Source: Proteromonas lacertae
Lineage: Eukaryota
DNA: 59,175 nt
Direction of reading: 5' to 3'
Assembly: GCA_002245135.1 (NCBI GenBank)
Contig: NGBS01001173.1
Coordinates: 124,001 to 183,175, forward strand
The notes below the pieces were generated by a model. That model searched no databases. It was not told the origin of the DNA and was given only the letters and a program-made list of their open reading frames with translations. Shown here in pieces: positions 28,501 through 38,203 of the stretch (its first letter is position 1; every line of letters begins with the position of its first letter). The translations under genes and the position numbers were made by a program.

Positions 28501-30575
28501 TTCAAGAAATCAATAGAAATGGTGGAATAAATGATATTTTTTTAATTCCAGAGTTTATATTTGGTAATAGTGTAGATGAATTTAGTAATTTGACAAGTAA
28601 ATATGTTGATGATGATGAAGTAGTTTCTTTCTTTGGTTGTAGTAGTGATAATTGTAAGATTAATGCTCAAAGTGTAGTTGATAAAACACAAAAGCTGTGG
28701 ATGTCTTATTCATTAACATATGGTAGTAGTTGTAGTGGAAATCATTTGGAAAGTGGTTCAACAATTTCACAAAAGTTTCAATCAGTACAGCGTTATTTAA
28801 ACTCAACCATACCTGATTTGAAATGTCTTATATTTATAGGAGATGATTCAAAATTAATGGAAAGCTATTATAAAGTAATATTTTATTATATTAAACAGAA
28901 CTATAAAAAATATCAGCATACAATTGTAAAGGTGATTATAAAATCTGATAAAATTGATTCATCAATAGATTCAGCTTTTAAAGTAATCCAGCAAAAGAAA
29001 GATGAATATAATCGAGTTGCTTTATTATACTTTCTAGAAGGTGAAATGAACAACAAATTCATATCGAAATACATCTCAGATAATCTAAATAGTCGCGAAA
29101 TACTGATCATTATAATGAATTATGTAAAAAGTGATTATAAAAATGAATTATTCAATGTATTATATGGATCTTATGTTGTTTCATCCTTCAGTAGTTCAAT
29201 ATCTACATCACTTGCCCAATCATTTATTACTACAACTCAAACAGAAATAGGTATAAAGAAAGATGTTAGTGAAAAAATAGAATCAATAAAAGATACTATA
29301 ATGTTATGGGAAGAAATATATAAGAAAGCTTCTAAAGATTCAAAGCAAGTAATACCACCTCTTAGATATATTCAATTATCAGCTGTTGGAACAGAAATAA
29401 AATCACCATCTGGTAGTGTGAAAGTGGAAGAATCATTATATGTTTCAAGAAATTCTTATATATTTGAGATTAATAAAGATGCAAGATTTATTCAAATTTT
29501 TCCATCAAGAGGATCAGAATATGTATTTAATGCTGAACCTTATCCAGAAGGATTGCCAGAAGAATGTAAATTTGGTAAAACACAATTATTCTATCAATAT
29601 AATTCCGTTATTCTTGGAATTGCATATTCATTATTTGGTATTTCATTAACATTGAGTATAAGTAGTGTTGTATTTGTAAAGATTCATGAAAAACAATTAG
29701 TAATAAAAACATTAGGAAGATCTCATAATTATGGTTTAGCTATTGCTTTAATAATACTTTCATTATCATCAATACCAATTTATCAATATCCTTCATTATC
29801 CAATGGTATTTGTGTTTTAAGAGTTGTTTTATTGAGTGTTGGTATAAAAAGTGTTATATCTGTGATGTTAGCTTCAGAAACCAAATTATTCAAAAGGAAT
29901 AAAACAAATAATACAATAAAAAAGACAAGAATTACTATAAAAAGAGTATTTATATTTTGGTTAGTTTTAATGGCTATTGAAGTTTTTGTATTATTGCTAT
30001 GGTTTTTTATTGATCCAAATGAATATATTTCTACTTATTATTCATCTTTAAGTGGATATTTCAGTGATATATATATAAGAGAATGTTCAATCTCAACTCC
30101 GTTTGTTATAGTTGAATTAATAACTGACTTTTTACCTGCTTTAGTGCTATTAGTAATATCCAATCGAAATAGAAATTTAAGTAATACATTCCATGATACT
30201 ATTTGTTTATTCATTTCATCAGTTGTTATTATTGTATTAGGTATTATTATTGTATTATTGGACTTTAATATTAATAAAGATCCAGATTCAGTGTTGTTGT
30301 TAAGATCAATGGGTATTAACTTGACTGTTATTATAATGATTTTATTATTGTATGGAACAAAAGTTATTAGTGTTTATATTGATGATGATGCTCAAAATGT
30401 AACATCAAGTGGATCTGCTGGAATTAAAGGATGTAGTTCGCTTGCACCAAGTGTTAAATCATCTTCGATATCTTCTCATGGAACGCTGAGTAGTATGATG
30501 TTTGCATCTAATAAGACAAACACTTTTACTACTCAGTCAAAACTAATTAGCAAAATGAAACAAACAAACAGATAA
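18652..30575 (+). CDS. Second giant class C GPCR-like receptor (~3,800 aa, roughly 9 Venus-flytrap modules plus 7TM_3), paralog of the gene at 1-8371
   Basis: Signal peptide MAFQQCGVAFIILILFYVNFISA. Exons include 18652-20030, 20062-20300, 20370-20770, 20812-21280, 21310-22310 and the 2583-aa ORF 22824-30575. Motifs include FYPYSFEGYECSENVIY and DEINNSGGIIGKKI. The 7TM ends in DPDSVLLLRSMG, shared with the paralog. TGTTTGTT at 30613-30620. Confidence 0.85.
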
Positions 30576-30778
30576 AAAAATAACTAAATCACTTCATATA
30601 TTATTATTGTTTTGTTTGTTGTTTAATTAGGCTTTAGTGACATATTCTTCTGTTTTGAATGAATATGTTAAATCAAACAAAACTTCACTACTCATTCATA
30701 GAAACAGTGTGTAAAAACACACTATTACCAACATGTAACTCACTAATCATTTCAATATTTCATTCTATATATAGTATA

Positions 30779-30981
30779 TAAATGGGACCCTGGGACATTG
30801 TCACAGAGTCCTAACGAGTTTTCTAGGGGTCCGTCCCTTTCTAGATTCAGAGTTGACCTTTACGGGAGCTTCATCGATGCAATCGATGAAGCTCCCGTAA
30901 AGGTCAACTCTGAATCTAGAAGGGGACGGACTCCTAGAACACTCGTTAGAACTCTGTGACAATGTCCCAGGGTCCCATTTA
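30779..30981. repeat. Left terminal hairpin: 100-bp stem, GCA loop at 30879-30881
   Basis: Arms 30779-30878 and 30882-30981 are reverse complements with 4 mismatches. Confidence 0.95.
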
Positions 30982-30990
30982 CGTAAGGTT

Positions 30991-31096
30991 CCTACGGGAT
31001 TCCTCCCTACGGGGTCTACTACCTACGGAGTCTACTTCCCTACGGGGACTGCTGTAAGCTATTTCTATACCTATCTATGAGACGATCTCCTACGGG
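30991..31096 (+). repeat. CCTACGG(G) direct-repeat array next to the hairpin
   Basis: Copies at 30991, 31006, 31022, 31039 and 31089; mirrored as CCGTAGG in the right TIR. Confidence 0.8.
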
Positions 31097-31233
31097 TACT
31101 CCTGGAAGCTATCTAGAAGTGTTGGTTACCTCGAGGTGATGATTCTAATCACGCTCTTGACTCTCCTTGCTACGCTGGTGACCTTGTAAAGGCTTTTAAT
31201 TGAATCGTGGAAACCAACTGGGGAACCGGGAGT

Positions 31234-31301
31234 TTACAATTGTTAACTTGTTACCAATTGTTAACTAGTTACCAATTGGTAACAAGTTAACAATTGGTAA
31301 C
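31234..31301. repeat. Array of 16-bp palindromes GTTA(A/C)CAATTG(G/T)TAAC at 18-bp period (4 units)
   Basis: ttacaattgttaac-tt-gttaccaattgttaac-ta-gttaccaattggtaac-aa-gttaacaattggtaac. Confidence 0.9.
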
Positions 31302-31347
31302 TTCGATAGCCTTGAATAGTTGAAATCGTTTACCTAGTCAAGTATAG

Positions 31348-32420
31348 ATGGATCCAACCCAAGCAACATCTCCATTGAATGATAAAGCAGTCATAGAACA
31401 AGACACCTCCAGGGACTTCAATTTAGTTTCTCAACAATCCCAGGTAAACAACTACACACCACTGGTAGAAACATCCTCCGAAGGTAAGGTCAAGAGATCG
31501 CATAAGGAACTTCATAAGGCAGCTGAGGATCATCCAGCTAAGAAGTCACGGGTCAACAAAGTTTATTTCATCGAAGCATTGCTGGAGGTGCCAAGGAAGT
31601 GATTGATCCTAGCAGTATTATAAACGTACGTATTGCTATGTTCAGCTTTGCTTACTCCGCAATCGCAGCTCTTCATCATCATCAACTCAGTAAGAACGCA
31701 GTCAATGAGAATCCCGAGATGTACTCCAAGTACTTGAGCAAGTACATCATTAACTACCAACACCCTATAGCAAATCCAATATCATCTTCCAGACTCATCG
31801 ACTCCTTTGAAGAGAACAATAACGTGGGTGTTCACATCTATCAATTAAAGGGATCGCATTTACGATTAGCCAGACGCAGTAGCCGTACTTTACCGATGAC
31901 TTCTCCTGATCGTTTTGTTTACTTACTTTACATAGAAGCCGAGGAGGATGATCAAGTTCAATATCATTATACCGTGATTGCTAATCCAATGGACGTGATC
32001 GATGTTGATAATCCCGTGATTACTTCTGCTAGAGTCACCGACAAGAACATTTCCTGTGGTCTCTGTCCTTACTGCCTTAAGAAGTACCTAGGTTCCATTA
32101 ATGATCACATCCAACTCACCTGCTTAACTAAGGAGTCCAAGAAAAGTTATTGCAACTCCATGGGAACATCATCGTCTCTTAAGAAGAAGAAGGAGTCGGT
32201 ATACATTCAAGGTCATCTTGTAAAGTGCCTGAAGCTGATGAAAGAACTCAAGTACCAGGATGATGAACAGAAGCAAAGTATCCGATCGTTGAATCAGAGC
32301 TACTTGAAGATCATCAACAAGTTGGTTGTTGTCTATACTCCTGATGATAAGCAGTTGGAGGAGCTCTTATGCAAGACGGGTGATGTTATCAATAAGCTTA
32401 CAGCTCTTGATGATCCTTAA
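31348..32420 (+). CDS. Stand-alone remnant of the Polinton pPolB N-terminal OTU-like domain plus C2HC Zn finger; frameshift near 31593
   Basis: Adding one A joins the ORFs as LLEVPKEVIDPSSIINVRIAMFSFAYSAIAALH...FEENNNVGVHIY...VYLLYI...HYTVI...CPYCL...H...C. This matches the Polinton pattern LPKE...IINV.N.D..CF.WS.LAALH...FE..N.I.INVY...LL...HY..I...C..C. Confidence 0.6.
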
Positions 32421-32604
32421 AGTAATTACTTATCACTTGTCTTTACGGTGTTGTTTTGCTAGGAGGGTTCTTATCAATCAACAATAAGAGCTTTACCGAG
32501 GTCTTCATCAGCTGATATCAAAGCCCATCAAGGTAAAAGGAAAAGGTTTATCATCCCAAGACAAGACAGCTATCGTAAGTACATGAACTAAGCTCATAAG
32601 GCAA

Positions 32605-33372
32605 CTACTTATGGTTCACCATCTTCTTGAAGGTGGATGCCATTCTCGGGAGGTTTAACAAGGTTAAAGCATCATCACAGACTCGGAAGAAGTTCTTGGT
32701 ATCATTGTAAGGAACGTAGAATGCATTGTCCCATACCTCCATGGATTCCTTTGACAGGTTAAAGTCAGGATCCAAATGAAGTCTTATCTGGTTGTGGTCT
32801 GGATCCATCTCCATAATCATCTGGCCATCTAGACTAACTAGTATCACTGTACCATTATAAGAAGCAAGATCCTTTACTTGGATAGCGTCGTGTCCTCCAG
32901 TCTCATTACAAGAAGTCTTGATAAGCTTAACTTCATCCTTGGACTTTAAGGGTACCTTACGATCATCTCCTGGATGAACTCTAACATCTCGTTTATTCCC
33001 GGCCTTACGAGTAGCTACTAATGTCCTCGGTACTTTAATTGGACTCAACTTCCTTGGTTGTTGTTTACTTCCTCGGGCTGTGCTCTTCCTTGTAAGTCTC
33101 TTAGGAGTAGATGGTGGTGTACTTAAAGGTTCATCGTTAATGTAGTCTGGAGCAATGGTTGCTAATAAGCTTAAGTTATCCACAATGGCTTCAATGAGTT
33201 CTTCCCGGAGTGTTGCTTTACCTTGCTCCGTAATCATCGGCGATGACTTCCTTATGGTTCTACTACTAGCTCCTTGTTTCTTTACTCGGAGCTTCTTACC
33301 CTCCTTGGATGACTTATCAATGCTAGAGTTGGTTGATGATGATGATCTGCGTGATGACTTCCTGGGACTCAT
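32605..33372 (-). CDS. Viral hypothetical protein with a Ser/Arg/Lys-rich N-terminus
   Basis: 255-aa ORF with element-type codon usage. Confidence 0.7.
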   Translation of the reverse strand: MSPRKSSRRSSSSTNSSIDKSSKEGKKLRVKKQGASSRTIRKSSPMITEQGKATLREELIEAIVDNLSLLATIAPDYINDEPLSTPPSTPKRLTRKSTARGSKQQPRKLSPIKVPRTLVATRKAGNKRDVRVHPGDDRKVPLKSKDEVKLIKTSCNETGGHDAIQVKDLASYNGTVILVSLDGQMIMEMDPDHNQIRLHLDPDFNLSKESMEVWDNAFYVPYNDTKNFFRVCDDALTLLNLPRMASTFKKMVNHK

Positions 33373-33526
33373 AGACTTTGTCGGGATCGTATGGAAATTT
33401 GCATCTAGATGAATTCTCGGTCTTAAGCAATCGTGTATAAATGATTTTACTCATGTAAAATTGATCCCAATAAGATAGAAGGTGATGATAAAGCAAGTGA
33501 ATTATCAAGGGACGTTGTTAAGCTAG

Positions 33527-33880
33527 TTAGAGTCTTCGTCTCTTACCACCCTTGGACTTTGAAACAACGCGTTCCTCCAAGGTACCTTCAGCATCCATCA
33601 GATCAGCTTTTAGATCTCTTGCTAACCACTTGGCTTCTGCGTATAGACGATGAAGATCATCTAGGAGGATGAAGCTATCGGGACCTGATTCAGAATAGTT
33701 AATGTTGTTAGCTACCCTTTAATGGTAGTAGTTCTGGAGGTCACTTGCAAAGCCTGCAATCTGGATCCATGGAAGATTCAAGTGAATTGCTTTCAAGGAG
33801 TCATCGTCAGGTTCATTGTTAAAGGGATCATCGACCTCGTAGATCTCTTCATCACTCTCCTGGGTAAGTTTCTTAGGCAT
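33527..33880 (-). pseudogene. Viral hypothetical ~117-aa protein with a premature in-frame TAA at 33719-33721
   Basis: MPKKLTQESDEEIYEVDDPF...QNYYH*RVANNINYS...KSKGGKRRRL*, all in one frame; C-terminal NLS-like KRRR. Confidence 0.6.
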
Positions 33881-33933
33881 TGTAAGCACTTGGGTTATTT
33901 CAATAGGAAAAGTTGAACTACTCCCTTCATTGA

Positions 33934-35151
33934 ATGAATTCCTGGAAGAGCATGATTCCCATCAATAGCTCATCGATAAAGATGACAGTCCCTACCATGC
34001 AATCCTCGGAGAAGACATTACCTGAGATCTCCAAGGACTTAGCTATCGACTATCAACATTACCCAGTCCTTACTCCTCCAATCCATCGATGCACTCCTTT
34101 CGTTTGTGGGTGTCGAGATTCAACAAAGCTTCGGAGGTACGACTACCCATCTATATTCGAGTACCGAGATCTACACAAAGGTTATGCTTTACAATTCTTA
34201 TGGGACCTCAAGATCGAAGTAGAAGTATTTAACTCAAAGAAGTTCAACGAGAGTGTAAGTGATGGAATCTGCCTGGATGTTCCAGCAGGTTGTGATCGTC
34301 AGCACCCGTTCTATCTCTTGATGAAGGATAGTAGAAGTCAACTAGGTTCATTGAAAGCAAAGTTCTTTACTGAGACTGGAGAGCTCAAGACTTCAACAAC
34401 GACTTCATCCTCTGATGATCAAGTAAAGGTAACATCGTGGTACTTTGGAGTATCAGTGAATCCTAAGTACACTGATCGCTATAAGCTATGGCTCAACAAT
34501 CAAGGAGACGTCTATCGATCGGTTTATAAGCAATCGCTTACCTCAGACTATTGGAAGGATGGAGACATGATGATCATCTATCCCGAGAAAGTCTGGGAAC
34601 TCATCGATGAAGTAAGTGAGAATAAACAAAGGAATAAACACGTCCACGTGAATGTGAAGAAGGTGGATGAAAAAACAAGGAGCAAGATTCAAATGAAGTT
34701 GGATCAAGATTTAAAGGAGATAGAGAAGTCCCGGAGGAGTATTGAGGCACTCAATGAATCCTCCGAGGACTTGTTTATCAGTGGTAAGCAAAAGTACAGT
34801 AAGGTAATTTATCAAGGAGTGGAATACAACTCTATGGATGGAAGTGACTCTGACAATGACCAAGACTCTCATAGGAAAGGCAAGTATTGCACTATCGATC
34901 TGGATGCTACGATAATGATCTTTAAGTTTAACAAGGATGGGAGCATGAGTGAAAGAACACTAAGTCCCGAGGAGATCTTTAACCGAGAAGCTCATCGTCT
35001 TACTTCTGATCAACGAGAAGAACTCAAGAGATGTCGTCAGCTCACATTCAGGGTCAAGAGAAAGTACGTAAAGCATCAGGCTGTAGATTCATCGGATCGA
35101 AGAAGTCATCATCATCTTCATCATCGACACACTCAGAGGAAGAGCTCATAG
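33934..35151 (+). CDS. Viral hypothetical protein (405 aa)
   Basis: Long ORF; no motif recognised. Confidence 0.75.
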   Translation: MNSWKSMIPINSSSIKMTVPTMQSSEKTLPEISKDLAIDYQHYPVLTPPIHRCTPFVCGCRDSTKLRRYDYPSIFEYRDLHKGYALQFLWDLKIEVEVFNSKKFNESVSDGICLDVPAGCDRQHPFYLLMKDSRSQLGSLKAKFFTETGELKTSTTTSSSDDQVKVTSWYFGVSVNPKYTDRYKLWLNNQGDVYRSVYKQSLTSDYWKDGDMMIIYPEKVWELIDEVSENKQRNKHVHVNVKKVDEKTRSKIQMKLDQDLKEIEKSRRSIEALNESSEDLFISGKQKYSKVIYQGVEYNSMDGSDSDNDQDSHRKGKYCTIDLDATIMIFKFNKDGSMSERTLSPEEIFNREAHRLTSDQREELKRCRQLTFRVKRKYVKHQAVDSSDRRSHHHLHHRHTQRKSS

Positions 35152-35191
35152 CCGATAAGCTATTATTAAATTTCTTGCCTACTCCAGAAAC

Positions 35192-36376
35192 ATGATCTCA
35201 ATTCATCAACCCGATAAGAGACTCTTACCAATCTACCCGAGAGTGTGTATTCATAAGGCCGATCGTGGAATCCAAGAAGGTAATGAATGGACTCTTCTAG
35301 TCAAGGAAGTTCAAGAGAAGTTATCGGAGTGTGAACAATTAGCTCTGGACACGCACTTTATCATGATCGACAATGCTAACAAAGGAATCACTGAGAGTGA
35401 CTTGGAAGTTCACAGCTCAGTAAGGATGTTACTCAAGGTAGTTCATCAGTCAGTGATCAAAGCTAAGGAAGTGTTAAGGACTTGCCTTCATCGTATCACC
35501 GACTGTGAGTTGAAGGATCATGAGATCGTAGAGAAGAGCATTTACCAGAGCCGGGCATGTCTATTCCTATACTCCATGGAAGGAATGATATCAGCAGAGT
35601 ACACGATGGGAAAGTGTAAGTCCGAGATCTACTATTCAGTCTATAAGAAAGCTGCTAACTTAAGACTTAAGTTCCATTGCTTGATGATTAATGCGGTCTC
35701 GTGGATGACAACCTACCTGGACCCTTACAATCTCTTTGGTAAGCACTGTGAGTACATCAATACTATCAAGAACGGAGCCTGCCAGATCAACACTTACTTT
35801 AATGCTGTGGAGGAGAACTACTTTGCTGATCGAGAGTTAACAAGAAGCCTCTTGAGAGATGTTAACATCTCCGACAATGAGGTCGATCACTTGCTAGAGC
35901 AGTTCTATACTATGAAGGAGAAGTGCGATAGACTAGATAGCAAAGTCATTGCTGAACTGTACTACTATGAGGATGATATCGTTAAGCTTCAAGAGAAGTT
36001 TAAGGAGATCGTCCAGATAATGGAGGAGTGTCTACTCCATACTTACAGCTGGTTGATGATGTTCAAGAAGGAGACACCACAAGAAGTTCCTCAAGTGAAG
36101 GACAAGGACAAGGACCAGGAAGAAGTTACTAAAGCAATCACTTACGCAAGTGTCTTAAGTAATAGTAAGAGTCGTCGTAAAGCAAAGAAACGAGATACTA
36201 TTGTTACCTCCGAGGCAACAGTAGTATCCTCAAAGAAGAGATGGTACTATCAAGAGTCAAGGATCGATTACATCTTACACCTTCAAGGAGCTCTTATTGA
36301 GACTAGGAAGTTCATCTCCCAGCTGATCATCGACTCCGAGGAGCACCTTCTCAACTGGTGGGAACAAGATCATTGA
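35192..36376 (+). CDS. Viral hypothetical alpha-helical protein (394 aa)
   Basis: Long ORF with helical/coiled-coil character and a basic patch SRRKAKKR. Confidence 0.75.
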   Translation: MISIHQPDKRLLPIYPRVCIHKADRGIQEGNEWTLLVKEVQEKLSECEQLALDTHFIMIDNANKGITESDLEVHSSVRMLLKVVHQSVIKAKEVLRTCLHRITDCELKDHEIVEKSIYQSRACLFLYSMEGMISAEYTMGKCKSEIYYSVYKKAANLRLKFHCLMINAVSWMTTYLDPYNLFGKHCEYINTIKNGACQINTYFNAVEENYFADRELTRSLLRDVNISDNEVDHLLEQFYTMKEKCDRLDSKVIAELYYYEDDIVKLQEKFKEIVQIMEECLLHTYSWLMMFKKETPQEVPQVKDKDKDQEEVTKAITYASVLSNSKSRRKAKKRDTIVTSEATVVSSKKRWYYQESRIDYILHLQGALIETRKFISQLIIDSEEHLLNWWEQDH

Positions 36377-36463
36377 AGCTTTACTTAAACAGTATTTTTG
36401 ATTATGAAACTAGTGCTTAGGGATTCCCAGAAACAACAACGAGAGTAAGCAAAGTAAAGGGAA

Positions 36464-37861
36464 TTAGAATAAGCTTAAGAAGGAGTTAGCAATCGTTTGA
36501 ATCTTAGCAATGGACTGCTTGAGATCATCAACTTGATCGTGGAACTTCTTAAGGCTCTTGAAAGAGTCCCAGTCTAATGGTACGTAGAGATTGTCCTGGA
36601 GTTGTAAGACTGGGTGCTTGAGAATGGATATCAGCTCATCATACATCTTGGAGTAGTCACGGCAAAGGGTTCTGAAGTTAGCTCTAGTCATCATACCTAT
36701 GTGATTGCTTATGACGTTCTCAAAGTCGGTGACATGCTGGATAATAAAGTCAGTAAGGGCTTCCACCTCCTTATCAAGATCGTTGAGTTTCCATAGCTGA
36801 GTGATTACCTTATCCTTGTAATGGTCAAAGTGTGGATGCTCTTGAAGTAAGCTCTCTCGGAACTGATGGTAGTAGCTGAGAAAGGAAGTAGCATCGCATC
36901 GTAGATCAAGGCTATACTGTTGGAAGTCTCGGAGATAACTCATAAAGACCGTGAACTGCTCAGGAGTATCGGATGTGGTCTTCGTGGCCTGAAGGAATTC
37001 AATCAAGGCATTAACTTTACTCTGGAGCTTTCGGACGATGTTCTTGTAGGCAGTCAGTTCATAGAGAGAATCAGTCTTGGCGTTATGCTTCATAAAGAGA
37101 ACATAGTCTAGCAGATTTACGGCATGTTGATAGATACTACTTTGTCTAGAACACCACTCAGTAAAGTATCTTGGATCCTTGGAGGACATCTTCCATTCAC
37201 TATTGATCAGGGAAAGTAATTTACTGTCATTGACCTGTCCAAGTAAGATTATAAAAGTATCCGTTTCATGAGATGGAGTATCACAGATCTCTTGGTAGCG
37301 AAGCATGGACTTGGTTAAGCAATCGTGGATGATCTGGTAAAGTCTCTTGACTTCCTGACAGTAGTTCATAGGAGTCCAGTACTTGGGTATCTCCTCAGAT
37401 CCCTCCTCGGAGGATTCCTCGGAGCTCTCTTCGGAGCTCTCTTCGGAAGAGGAGTATAACTCTTCAGAAGGCTCCTTTGAAGGCTCCTTTGTAGGTTCCT
37501 TTGTAGGTTCCTTTGAAAGTTCCTTTAAAGGTTCCTTTAAAGGTTCTTCAACCGGTTCAGTGACAGGATCTCTCTGATTCAGAAGCTCCTTTTGAAACTC
37601 AATATCATCATCAATCTCTGTCTCTACATCGGACAGATCCCTTGAAGTATCACAGCATGGTTCTGTACTGTCACTATCACTGTCATTACAGATAGCCTCG
37701 GTCTTTACCTATAAACAATAAAGCAATGAAGCAAGTACCTTCTTCTTATCAGGCTGACAGTCATCAGTCTTCAAGGAAGCTTCCATACACATGGTGATCT
37801 TATTAACAGCTCCTTGACCACAACTATTACAAAACTCACAGGTACGAGATCTTTTTGACAT
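36464..37861 (-). CDS. Viral ~455-aa protein with a 30-nt intron (37709-37738): Cys-rich N-terminus, KEP(S/T/L) and EESS repeats, helical C-terminus
   Basis: Exon 1 MSKRSRTCEFCNSCGQ...PDKKK; intron GTACTTGCTTCATTGCTTTATTGTTTATAG ends in an in-frame TAG; exon 2 VKTEAIC...KYWTP runs in frame into ORF 36464-37369. Confidence 0.75.
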
Positions 37862-38094
37862 GGTAAATTACGTAATTGACAAAGTATTAGAAGTGCAAGA
37901 AAATTGAAACTAAGAGAAGTGTCGATTCATAAGCATTAATTGTAAAATGCCAAATGCAATACATAGTACCAGTGTATTGGGTATTAGTCAAAATAGAATT
38001 GAATTTAGTCGTTACAAGATAGTCATAATAGAATTGCAAATTAGTGGTTTCAATATATGAAGGTATATATACATGATTGAAGGTTCAATTCATA

Positions 38095-38176
38095 GGGGGG
38101 CGTAGCCCGAATGGTCAGAGGAATGCCGTAGGAAGTTCTAGCCCAGCCGGGTAGCCCAGCCGGGTTCAAATCTTGC
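38095..38176 (+). ncRNA. tRNA-derived Pol III-like cassette (A box and B box, upstream TATA)
   Basis: GGGGGGCG-TAGCCCGAATGG (A box) ... GGGTTCAAATCTTGC (B box/T arm). TATATATA lies ~30 nt upstream at 38064. Internal 13-bp duplication TAGCCCAGCCGGG x2. No 3' acceptor strand. Confidence 0.55.
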
Positions 38177-38203
38177 AAAGGAAATAAAAGATAATAAAAG
38201 TAC

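Larger units (their letters stand above)
30774..31301 (+). repeat. Left terminal inverted repeat (~530 bp)
   Basis: Reverse complement of 47491-48030 with few substitutions and indels. Confidence 0.95.

Noticed and set aside
31234..31301. Repeat array as a CRISPR
   Set aside because: Units are separated by only 2 nt, there are no unique spacers or cas genes, and the context is eukaryotic.
33719..33721. TAA reassigned to Gln (alternative genetic code)
   Set aside because: TAA is the ordinary stop for many host and viral ORFs here, and long ORFs have no in-frame TAA; a nonsense mutation is simpler.
38095..38176. Functional tRNA gene
   Set aside because: No 3' acceptor strand and no credible anticodon arm, plus an internal duplication; kept only as a tRNA-derived cassette.
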